Both the position numbers and the translations under genes were made by a program. A stretch of 64,000 bases of DNA. Origin: Lama glama (Eukaryota). The stretch lies in the NCBI GenBank assembly GCA_028534125.1, contig CM052820.1:1488001-1552000 (forward strand). The letters are read 5' to 3'. Positions 23,821-34,727 of this stretch are shown piece by piece. Numbering within the stretch: the stretch's first letter is position 1; every line of letters begins with the position of its first letter. The notes beneath the pieces are model-generated. The model was not told the DNA's origin. It did no database searches and saw nothing but the letters and a program-made list of their open reading frames with translations.

Positions 23821-25829
23821 CTTCTGCCTTAGTCGAGGTCCTTAGCTTCTTTCTGTAACCCCCAAAGGCAGACACAGTTACTTCTGCAGTTCGTGTTTGC
23901 CCTCAGCCCCTTTCCAGCTGATTTCCGAGGGGGACTCAGGGAGATTTAGAGACAGTCATTCAGTTCAGCCATTTTCGTCGCATGCCTGCTGTGTGCACGC
24001 CAGCGCCAGGGTCCCAGTGGGGCAGCCAGGTGTCAGCTGCCAGGGAGGTCACACTCCAGCCGGGCACGTTCCGGAGACGGGCGCCTTTATACAGAACAGC
24101 AGCATGTAACGCGATGTGGGAAACGGGAGCTTGCACAGGAGAGCAGGGTGATGGGAGTGCTGCGGGGACTGCCTCGGGCGCCCAGGACGCGCCTCTCTGG
24201 GGAGGTGCGACGGGGAAAAGTTGGGGTGTGTGGGCGCAGGGCTGCAGAGGGAGCCGTCTGCCGTGGGGCCTGCATCCGCCCGGGCGCACGGGGTGGGAGG
24301 CCCTGCCAGCCCTTTGGCCTCTGAGCCTTTTCTGCAAAAGCTTCTCTTGGGAGCAACGCTGGGAATGCTCCAGTGAGCCCTGATTTCCTCCAGCCCGGTA
24401 ACATTAACTCTGGGGGAAGCATCCCAGAGAGGATGGAATTGGTCCAAGGTCGTAGGGCTCGCTCTGGTGACGCCGGGCCTGCACTTTCCCACGTGGGGCG
24501 ATGCTGTGAAGGGCCAGACGGATGCACACCCGCTGCTTCTCAAACTTGCAGCCGGGTGCAGGGGGCAGAGGTTAATCGGGAAGTTGGGCAGTGGGGGAGG
24601 CCCCGACAGCCCTGTCTGTGGAGGGTGCGGCGCTACGGCTGAGCTTAATGCTGGGGCCCTGCGCCACGCCACCCCCACCCCCTCCGCCAGCGGCCCTGTC
24701 TGCCAGGCCCTGTACCCTCCTCTCTGTCACAGCATCTCAGCCTGCCTCTGGGGACTGACCCCCTTCCCGCTGGATGCTCTTTGGCGGGGAGCAGACCAAG
24801 AAGTGTGACCCACGGCCCAGCAGTGTGGGCCCTTGGAGGATGAGTCTCAGTGTTCCTGCAGGGACTGCCCTGACTTCCTGCCCCCAGATGTGCCCCCTCC
24901 CATCTCCCCAGGACGTCTCTGTTTGCCTGGACCATCTAGGGGCCATTTCTGCTGCTGGTAACTGTGAACCTCCGGTAGATACGCCTTCCATCTAGCATGC
25001 CTGCGTGCTAGGACCCAAGTCCTGCCTTCACTCTGCATTCTGGAGAGAAGGGGTCACAGACGAGGCATTGAGGTTTTGCCTGCGAGGTTCTAGACCTGGT
25101 TCTTTGGTTCTGAGCTCCAGGTCCACTGCTCCAGATTCTCCCAAGTCTCTTTCTCCAAATTGCAGCCTCCACTGCCTTCCTGCCTGGGGGTCCTGGCACA
25201 CCTGGCTCAGAGACAGCCTTAACTAGAGGCTGCCGGGATGACCGTCTCTGGCTGGCAGGGGCCACCGATGACCACAGAGGAGCCCCGAGGCTGGGAAGGG
25301 ACTAAGTGGAGGGAGGGTCCTCCTCAGCACACTCCTCAGGGACCTGTGCCCTGGCTCCGGGGAGGAAGCCCGTGTCTGGGTTGGTGCTGCCCCAGGCCCT
25401 GCCCTGGACCCTCCGGACTGCTCAGAAAGCTTCCCACAAAATAGAGGGCATGGTATTCTGCAAAGCCGTGCTGTTTGGAACAGAACTGGATTCTGAATAC
25501 ATCATCTCAAAGGAGAGAAAAATCTCATGTGGTAATAGGGTTACACAGGTGTACCACTTTCAAGTGTCCAGGGACTCTGGACAGCTCAGTGTCTGTGAAA
25601 AGAGGTCCTGGTGATGCTGGGGTGGCAGGGCTGGTAATTCTTGCAGCGGGGAGCTGTGGACTCTGTACTGTTTATCCTGTTTCTGTTTACTTTGTATAGG
25701 TTTGAAGTTTCCATAATACAAAAGCTTTTTTTTGAGAGAAATTTGCATTAAAACCCTGTAGTCTTACATTTAAATTGCGCATATGAGTATGGACATGTGG
25801 GTTTCTTTTTACTTAAAAAGTTTGTGTTT

Positions 25830-26344
25830 CTTACTCTTCACATATCCAAAAGATAAACAGTTAAAACCAAGCAGGACATGGGGAGGCCCCAAATGAAATA
25901 CACAGACTGACCAGTGAACGAGTCCTGTCACAAACACGTACGTAGCCCAGCGCGCTGAAGGGGCAGAGCGAGCGCAGCCCGAGTCCCGGGCCCTGACCGC
26001 ATGCTCTGAGGCCGGAGCCGCATGCTGATGCGTGTGTGTGTGTGTGTGTGTGTGCGCGCAGCTCTGAGAGTGCCCGCTGCTAGGCTGCGTGCTAGGATTG
26101 AACAGATAAGCAAACAGACTGTGGATGGAAGAACCGGGTTTCTCGCTGTGGGAGAAACCAGCTGAAAGCCAGGGAAAGGGCAGACAGATCAACCTGAGCT
26201 GTGGGCCCAGGACCCGAGGTGTCGGGAAACTCGTGGCTTAACAAGGATAAGCCGACACGACAAAGCATCGAAGTGCGTGACTTAGTGTCAGACGTCCTGT
26301 CCCTCAGTGACGCCCAGTCGCAAAGACCACGTCTCGCCCTGGAC
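25830..26344 (+). mobile_element. L1MC3/L1MC4-like 3'UTR, left half (split by ERV)
   Basis: CTAGGATTGAACAGATAAG..GGGTTTCTCGCTGTGGGAGAAA..CAGTGACGCCCAGTCGCAA matches recalled L1MC3 3'UTR; the element continues at 31113. Confidence 0.65.
26029..26060. repeat. (TG)n microsatellite ending in CGCG
   Basis: Directly visible. Confidence 0.95.
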
Positions 26345-26562
26345 TGGCACTGAGCTCCAGCGCCCCGCGCGCGGTCAGGCCCAGCCGGCCGAGCGAGGAG
26401 GGCTGGGGCTCGTGCCCAGGAAAACCCCAAGCTCCCCGAAAGGCTTCCGCTGAGCTCCTGGGAAGGCCAGGCGAGGGCGCGGCGTCCCGGGGCGCGTGAC
26501 CGGCTGCGCGTGCTTCCCGGGCGCTCTCCCTGGAAGGCCCCGCAGAGTGCTGCTCGGTCACA
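26345..26562 (-). mobile_element. 3' LTR (shortened, GC/CpG-enriched) with adjacent polypurine tract 26563-26576
   Basis: GCTCGTGCCCAGGAAAACCCCAAGCTCCCC..GGCCAGGCGAGG..GTGACCGGCTG aligns to 30810-30920. Ends TGCTCGGTCACA, followed by GCCCCCGCCTTCTC (purine-rich on the minus strand). Confidence 0.75.
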
Positions 26563-26971
26563 GCCCCCGCCTTCTCCGTGACGCCCCTCGGTCTTAAGGG
26601 GAACGGGTGCTGAGACAAGGAGGGGATTGACGCTGTGGGCAGAGAGGTTCATCATGAGCTCGGCGGAGGAGCTCGGTTTCAGTCTCCAATTCTGTTTCAT
26701 CCTCCCCAAACCTTTTAGGGAACGGGGTGATAACCGCTCTGGCTGCTTCCTGCTGAAATGGGTGTGGTCCTACCTCAATTTTGGGAACGGACACCAAGTT
26801 GGAAATGTTCCCAGGTTCCAAGTCCAGGATCCAAGTGGTGTGTGATTAAGATCTCATTCCCTGAGGAATTCGGGAGAGGAAGCCTGAAGACCAGCCTGGG
26901 CCTGGTACTCTGGGGGGCACTGCAGCCAGGCAGCCGGTTGCCTGCTTTTATGAGTAGGTTTTAGCCTTGGA

Positions 26972-27067
26972 TGTGGTGTTAGCACCTATGTAACAGGAGC
27001 TATTGGCTGCTGCACACGTCCCCTTTGTTTTTGCTAACATCTGATCTGAAGCGGTTTTACTGTCTAA
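26972..27067 (-). pseudogene. env: env transmembrane-subunit remnant (immunosuppressive domain plus CX6CC region)
   Basis: LDSKTASDQMLAKTKGTCAAANSSCYIGANTT aligns without gaps to the gamma-type motif L(Q/D)NRxALDxLLAxxGGxCAxxNxxCCxxINxS, at the expected position near the 3' LTR. Confidence 0.7.
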
Positions 27068-30000
27068 AAATTTAATAGTTACACAAGGAGACCTTGAGGT
27101 CATAAGATTGCAGCTGGCAGCAGACACTGCTTTGAGGGTGGCTGGTGGCACTCTGAGGGTGACACAGCTCAGAAAACTAGAGTCCTCAGCAGTACAGGAA
27201 CGTGTCCGAAGCCATGTCCTCTGTGGCCGCCTAGTTCTACCCCGGGTGTCTGAACCACAGGCACTCCATTTAGACTGCCAGATGCATTCCCCTCCTCAAG
27301 GCCAGAACAGATGTACAGAGCTGGTCCACTTCGGTCAGTGAGGTTTAAGTCAAACTGTGCGTGAGCCAGAATGACTTCTCCAGACCTCAGTACGTGCCGT
27401 TTACCCCTCGTTTCTTTCCCCTTTTGGTTATAAACCTTTCAATAGAAAGCACTAATCAAAACACCTGTCCCTCGACGCTGGGGTGGTGGCTCCTGCCCCA
27501 GGTCGAGACCCTGCCCCTCGGTGCCAGGCTCTCTCTGTTTGCCTAGTTATCCACGCTGGGGGAGAGCTGGTCAGGTGTCGTTCACAGGTTAGAGGTACGT
27601 TAATGGGGAAACACTTTGTAAGCCATACAAAGCCAGTTGTTACACAGGCATGGTACATGTGCTTTCAGCAGGAGACTTAAAGCCAGCATTGTTACACATC
27701 GTGAGCAGTTATCCTCGGTGACAGCTCCGTCAGGGAATTCTCTTTCTACCCTAAACGCTGGGGGCAATCTGGCTAGGGAGCCAAACATTTAGTAGCCAGT
27801 TCAGCTAGAAAACAGCTTAAAAGCCACTCATATTTCAGACAAAACCAAAAAGTTATAACCATATTGATCAATTCACTCAAGCCTGTGTAATTAATCCTTT
27901 TTACTAACAGCTTTATGAAATCGGAGTTTTCATTAGACTTTTAAAATAGTTGACCCAGTTCAGCAGTATGATTTAAAAGAAACTTGTACTGGTGCAAAAG
28001 TCCTTTTTATGGCTCTTCTTGATGAAGCAGTTTTGCAGAGCATCAGCTTAACTGTCTATGAATGACAAAAGACTTAAAAAGGCAAGGTTGAAGATCTGCT
28101 TACAATGTTTTTGACAAGAGTTTACTCAAGTTGCTGGGACATACAGCACTTTGAAGTAACAGTTGGAATTATGACTGATAACATCACACCAGGACATGTC
28201 CAAATTTCAGGAACTTTATATGATTTCTAGAATATCTATATTATACCATCTATCCATGTACCTGACCAAGTTTAATCGCAACCCAACCATGCAAAACAGC
28301 CCTTTATCAAGGCTCCCTTTCTACAAACCATTCACAACTTTCTGAATCCACATTAGTTTGTCCCTAAACAACCAGCTTTAGGACAAAGTCATTTTTTTCC
28401 CCTTAACAAAATGCAGTTCCGTTTTTCATACCTTCCTTTACTCAAAACATGTATCCTACTTTCCTGCTGTATACCAAAATGTTACCTTTATAATTTTTAG
28501 TATCTTTAATTTCTTGTTTAAATTAGAATTCTCAACTCTTAAAAACCTTAATTTCTAGAGAAAACCAAGAAGTAAGCAATTATGAACTGTCTCTACACTA
28601 GCATTCTGTAGACTGGCTAACGCAAACATCGGTGATAATTTCTAGAACCATGTCCTTTTTATAGAAAGTGTCTCAGGGAGGCACCACACATGGTCGTCAA
28701 TAATCCTGAATCCCTTGAGTTTTTCTGTAGAGGGAAACCAGTCATTTTTGTCTCAGTGTCTTGCTTTGTTTGGAATTGACCTAACCGTTCAACAGACTTT
28801 CCTTGTTTAACTTAGTTTAGCACAACTCTAAAATTGCAAGTTACCAAATATCTGGAGAGATCATTTTTAAGTAGACATTGCTAAAACATAATTATTTCTT
28901 AAGAGTTTACTCAAAAGCTCTTATCTCATTTGCATTTAATTTGCTTCTAAGTATTATCATACTGAGCTAATTTTTTTTCTTTCTGTTGACAAACCTTGAT
29001 GGAAATAACAAACTTACTGACCTTCAGGAAACCTAGGTACAAAAAAGACGTGTCTGTGTTGATTATTCCAACATTCTTAAGCCAGTGTTAATATCAGATA
29101 CTAATTTAGTATTGACTATTTCCTAGATCGCATGAAACTGAAATTTGTTGTCTAGCTTCTTTTATACTTAAAAGTATTTAATTTGTAAGCACTTACTTTT
29201 AAGCCAATTAAATAAGCTTATTTATGAGTTAATTTTTCCGTCAAGACAGAACCAGAGATCTCACAGTTTTACCACTTGAGTTTAAAAACTTTTCCTTGAG
29301 AGCCCAGGCAGAGCATTTACACCTCAGAAGCACAGGAAGAGAAGTGTGAATTCCTTCTCTAACTGCTTGTAAAAAACCCAACCACCTTGGCTATTTGCAG
29401 GGATTTTTTTTTTCCAGTTCAAATATCCACTTCAGTTTAAAGAAATAACAGTAATAGACAATAAATACATATATCATTTGCTCACACTCACATGCCTCAC
29501 TTTCAGCAAAACCGGGAAGAGAGAACAAAGGATTTGGGCTCAGGTGCCAAGACACACGCACCCGCCCTGAGATAAAAGCCGAATTGCCGGCGGCCGCTTT
29601 GCTGTAACGGCAGAGCCTGGGGTCCTTGTCCTCCCGGTCCCCGGGAGCACTGAGCCCACGCAGTGCTGCAGTAAAGATACCCTTTCCTTTCACTTGTGGG
29701 AGCGTAGCTGAAGATCTTCCAGTTTTTCACAGTACACCCTAGGCGGACTGCAAGGCCGAAAAGAGCTCTGATCATCCATACGTAGTCATTTACGGCCAGT
29801 GTTATCAAACATCAAGCAGACGACAATTCAGAATGGTCCCTGAGGGTCACAGTTCCCTAGTTCCAAAAAGGGGGGTTCCCAGCCACTGCCCCGTCAGTCC
29901 AAAAGGAGAGAACCCCAGCCAGTGCCCCACCAGAGGTGAAGCTGAATCAAAGAGCAAGGCCAGTCCTCAAAGGGAAGCGCTCAGCCAAGGCTCCGCCACA

Positions 30001-30670
30001 GGTGACACCAACTCAGGAGGACAGGATGCCGTGCTGTCGTCACACGTGAGCCCTGTTTCTCACCAAAGACCTCTCAACGGCCGACGCAAGTACTGATACA
30101 CACATACTAACAACAAACATGGTCCCATAAACGAGATCAGATGAGGTGTAGCCCCCAGATTCCACTTCCACTCCCAGACAGAGGCTTCCAAATTGGCCGG
30201 GCTCCTGAAAGAGAAGGGACCCAGAGTGGGGTCCCAGGGAGCCCAGAACGGCTCCCCTCCTGGAAGGGAACGAGCCAGCCAGAGGGGCTCACCTCCAAGT
30301 GATACACACAGAAACAGTAAGGTGCATTGGCACAGACAACCAGAGGAGGCGCCGTCTCAGGATTCCCCTTCCGCTCCCAGACGGAGGCCTCCAGACAGGT
30401 GGCCATCTCCCAAAAGAACGGACCGGAGCAGCTCCCTCCGGGAGGAATGAGCCCAGATGGATTGGAGAGGGTGCCCGCCTGCCCGAGCTGGCGCCGCTCA
30501 CCCCAGTGACGCCAAGTGTGGACGCAGCTCTGGACGTTTCTCGGCTCGGAACAGCCTCGTGCGGGGCGACCGTGCCTGTGCTGGAGCCGCCCTCCGGTTC
30601 CCTGGAGCTTCCCGATGGCTGGGACCCAGGAAGGGGCGGCTCTGGCCAGGGTCAGCCTGCCACGGGCACA

Positions 30671-30693
30671 GACTCCTAGGCTGGTTTTATCCA
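30671..30693 (-). other. Degenerate primer-binding site, probably tRNA-Arg(ACG)
   Basis: Minus strand TGGATAAAACCAGCCTAGGAGTC, 3 nt after the LTR end. Compare TGGCGAGCCAGCCAGGAG(TC), the complement of the tRNA-Arg(ACG) 3' end. Confidence 0.5.
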
Positions 30694-30696
30694 AAT

Positions 30697-31112
30697 TGTT
30701 ACCAAACAGTAGTTCGGGTGCCCAGTGCACCGTGAGGCCAGACAAACCGGATGGTTGGAGTTTGGAGCAGAGAAAGGTTTACTGCTGGCCTGAGCTTGGA
30801 GGACTTGCAGCTCGTGCCCACAAAACTCCCGAACTCCCTAAACGACTTCAGCTGAGCCTTTTTAAAGGCCAGGTGAGGTCAGGGCATCCCAGGCGGGTGT
30901 GACCAGCTGTGCACAGTTCTGACTGGTTGATGGTGACCAATCCTCAGGCACCAGGAGGTCTTGATCTTCAGGTGGTTAATGTCTTCTATTCGGTGGTGGT
31001 TTTGAGCATCTGAAAACTCAGAAAACACGCATGAGATGCTATTATCTGGGTGCTTCAGAGCGGGGGCTACAGCAGCGGGTCTGGGGGAGGGGCCTGGGAG
31101 GGGCCAGTTATA
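30697..31112 (-). mobile_element. 5' LTR of the ERV
   Basis: TGTTACC..GGAGTTTGGAGCAGAGAAAGGTTTACTG..TTTTTAAAGGCCAGGTGAGG..GTTATA. Minus-strand AGTAAA polyA-like and TTTAAAAA TATA-like signals are present. Confidence 0.8.
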
Positions 31113-31560
31113 AGGCCTTGATGTCTGCACACAGTTTTCTCAAACAACCAACCAACCAACCAACAAACGAAGGCCCCTGGGAGAAATGGTTGATTCTCAG
31201 GTTGTGACAGGGACATCTCATGGAACTAGAAAGTAGGGAAGTGCTAAAAGCTATGAAAAATTGAGGTGGGGTCTTGTCAGAAACACACAGGTGCTTCCAA
31301 TGGCCAAAGCTTCAAAGACTAATAATGGTAGTGTTGGATTATGACACATGGGATAAAATAAATGTCTGCAAATTCATATTAAATATAAGTGATGGCATAG
31401 CCAGGTGGACAGGTGACAGCGCGCCTTCACAGCAGAATTCTAATTAACACTGCAGAAAAGGAGGGCAGCTGAAAGTCACCGCTGGGGAAGTACCGGGACA
31501 GAGGGGCAGACCAGGTCCCCGGAGGGCAGCAGTGGCCCCGCCCCGTGCACTGCTCATGGC
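31113..31560 (+). mobile_element. L1MC3/L1MC4-like 3'UTR, right half
   Basis: CCTGGGAGAAATGGTTGATTCTCAGG..AGAAAGTAGGGAAGTGCT..AATGGCCAAAGCT resumes the consensus where the left half stops. Includes (CAAC)n at about 31145-31164. Confidence 0.7.
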
Positions 31561-33900
31561 CTCTTTCCCCTTGAATGAACCTTGGTAGTTTGGGTCTTTT
31601 GGGGCATTTGTTTATTTCATTTAAACTGCCAGATTTATTGGCATAAAGTTGTTCATCATATTCCTTTATCATCCATTTGGTACCAGTGGTCTCTAGTTAA
31701 TCCTCTCTCTTTCCGGACTTTGTTAAATTTGTGTCTTCTTTCTCTATTTTTCCTGATCAGTTTCGTTAGAGGCTTACCAGTGTTACTATCTCAAAGAATC
31801 AGCTTTTAGTGTAATTAATTCTTCCTTGATTTCAGCTCTTTGTTATTGCCTTTTTTCTGCCTCTTTGGGGTCTAATTAATTTTTGTTTTTTAAGGTGAAA
31901 CCTGAGGTCACTGACTTGAGACCCTGTCTAACACAGGCATTTGGTGCTATAAACTTCCCCCCCAGCAGTACAGATTTTGATATGTTGTGTTTCATTTTTG
32001 TCATTTCAAAATACTTTATAATTTCTGTTTTAATTTTTCCTTTGATCCATGAAGGAGTTTTAGTTTCCAAATATTTGATTTTCCAGGTATCTTTCTGTTA
32101 CTGACTTCTAATTTAATTTCAGTTCAGTCCGAGAACATTACCTTGTATGTCCTGACTTGAATCTTTTTAAATTTATTGAGACTTGTTGGTCGGCCCCAAA
32201 GATAGTCTGTCTTGGTAAACATTCTGTGTGCCTCTAAAAAGAACGTGAAGGCTGCATTTTGCTGTTGCTGAGTGTTGCGTAAAGGCCGTTTTGTCGAGTT
32301 AGGCCATAGTGTGTTCTCTGCTCTTACTCATTTTCTGTCCACTGGTTCTGACCATTACAAGAGCAGTGTTGAAATTCCCAACTGTAGATTGGTCCATTCC
32401 TCCGTACACTTTCATTAATTTTTGCCTCAAGTATGAAGGAAGCTCTGTTGTCAGGTGCATAGTGTTTCAGAATGTCACGTCCTTTGATGAACTGGCCCCT
32501 TTGTCATTATGAAATGACCGTCTTTGTCCTTGGTGGTGCTCACTCACGTTTACTGTGTCTGATGTTAATGTAACCGTCACCGCTTGCCTTTGATGAGCAC
32601 TTGCGTGGTACATCTTTTCTCATTGTTTGCCTTTAACCTATTTGGGTCTTCGTACTTAAAATGCATTCCTTGCAGGCAGCATAAGTTTGGGTCCATAATG
32701 CTTGGGTAAGATTTATTTCACGATACAAAATGCATGACCTTTTCTCTAACCCATTTCAGTCCTGCCTCACATAATTCCTCGCTGTGCTCTGAAAGCAGGG
32801 TCTTGCTTTTTCATTCAGCCTGACACACTCTGCCTTTCGACTGGGGCTGTTTAGGCCGTTTGATCTGGTCATTGCTATGGTTTGGTTTAAAGCTACCATC
32901 TTGCTTTTGGTTTTCTGTTCGTCACCTTTTTCCTCTTTTTCTGCCTTCATTTGGATTGAGTAGTTTTATGACTGTATTTTCCTTACTGACTGTTAATTGT
33001 AATTGTTTCTTTTGTAAGTGTGGGCTTTAGGATTTATAGCAAATGTCCTCAGCTTCCCACAGTCTTGCCGTCAGGGTTAGAGCCGCTCCACGTGCACTTC
33101 CGGGGCATACGGCAGTGCACCCGCGCTGCTCCCCTCCTGGTCTTTGTGTTATTTTTGACAAGTTTTCTTAGCACGTGTGATATAAACGTCTCAATACATG
33201 ACCACTTTTGCTTTAAACCGTTCTCTTTAAAAGAGAGTCTGCATAAGAGAAGACTCTCACATTCACCTGGATGGCTGCTGCTTCTGAGGCTCTCCTCGCC
33301 TCTGCGTGCACCTGCGTCTCCGTCGGGCGCCGTGTTCCTTCTGCCTGAAGCGCTCCTTTGACACTTTTTAGGTGCAGGTCTGCTGGTGATGGAATATTCT
33401 CAGCTTTTGAATATCTGAAAACATCTCTGTTTCACCTTTGATTCTGAAGGATGTTTTCACGGGGTGCAGCACTCTAGGCTGGGAGTAGGGGGTGTGTGTG
33501 TGTGTGTGTGTGTCCATTCCACTGCCTTCTGGCTTGCATTCTTTCCACTGAGCAGTCTGCTGTCACTCTGACTTCTGTTTTTGTCTGTGATGTGACTTTT
33601 TCTTCCCAGCTGCTTTTAGGTTTCGAGCCGTTTGATTGTGTTGTGCTTCGGTGTAACCGTCTTCGTGTGTTTGTGGTAGGAGTTTGTTGAGCTTCTGTGG
33701 GTTTATAGTTTTCATTGAACCTGGGAAATTTTAAGCCATGGTTTCTTCAGATGTTTCCTGTGTCCTCCCTGCACTGCTACCTGGAAGCTTTCCCCGAGCA
33801 GGCACCTGGGACGCCTGGGCGGGCCATCATGTTTGTTTCCTCTCAAGGGTCACTGTGCCTGTTGTCCGGTGTCTTAAAACCGCCTTTGCATAGATTGTTG
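31561..33900 (-). mobile_element. L1 fragment covering the ORF1/inter-ORF region and ORF2 N-terminal (endonuclease) region
   Basis: Minus ORFs give L1 ORF2 remnants: IKEYDEQLYANKSGSLNEINK..KLP, WIKGKIKTEIIKYFE..GKFIAPNA, and NGLNSP. Confidence 0.9.
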
Positions 33901-34302
33901 TCTACCAGAGGCCTAGGGTGAGAGCCTGCTGATAGACCCAGGGTGGCCGAAGTCAGAGGAACGGGCTAAGTGATGCAGTTGGAGGATTCCCTGAAAGCAG
34001 GGAGGGAAACCCCCCTCCCCGCTGTCTCCCCTGTGATTTATAGACTCAGCCTTGTAACCAGCCAGGCCCGGGCGTCTGCCCCTTTGCTGACAGCTCTTTT
34101 CCAGGCTCCATGCCTCTCTGCCCTGTGTGGTATCGAGAGCCCCAGGAGGAGCTCTTCTGTGTAGAGTGTGGTCTGGTTATGATGGAGAGGATTGTGCAAC
34201 GGCGGGGGCGTGTTACTCTCTGGAACCATTGGGGGTCACGTAGCATTGGCGAGGCTGGTACCGGAGCAGCCAGGATGGGCCCGGGGTGCAGTGTGTACTG
34301 GG

Positions 34303-34727
34303 TGTTAGGGGTTGAATTGTGTCTCCCCCCTAAAGCTGTATTAAAGTCCTAACCCCCAGGACTTCAGAATGTGGCCGTGTTTGGAAATAGGGGAGTTGCA
34401 GATGTAATTAGTTGCGATGAAGTCGTTCTGAAGTTGGCTGAGCCCTAATCCAGCAGGACCGTGTCCTTGGAAGAAGACGGCCGTTGAAGGCAGACATGCA
34501 GGGAGGAGCCGTGTGGTGGCGAAGCAGGGTCTGGAGCCGTGCAGCTGCAAGGCCAGGAAGCCAGAGACTGCCAGCAGCCACCAGAAGCTGGAAGAGGCTG
34601 GGGAGGATTCCCCCACAGCCTTGCCGACACCCAGGGCTCCGACTTCTGAAACTTACGTGCCTCCAGACTGCGGTTTTACGCCGCTCAGCCTATGGCGCCT
34701 TGTTACGGCAGCCGTGGGAAATGGACT
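34303..34727 (+). mobile_element. MLT1B/C-like MaLR solo LTR
   Basis: TGTTAGGGGTTGAATTGTGTCTCCCC..GTCCTAACCCCCAG..TTTGGAAATAGGG..GCCACCAGAAGCTGGAAGAGGC..TTGTTACGGCAGCC. Confidence 0.9.

Larger units (their letters stand above)
26345..31112 (-). mobile_element. ERV1-class (MER4/MER41-group-like) defective provirus with two LTRs, about 4.8 kb
   Basis: Two alignable LTRs, a PBS-like sequence beside the right LTR, a polypurine tract beside the left LTR, an env TM remnant, and an AT-rich internal region with no intact gag/pol. Confidence 0.8.
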
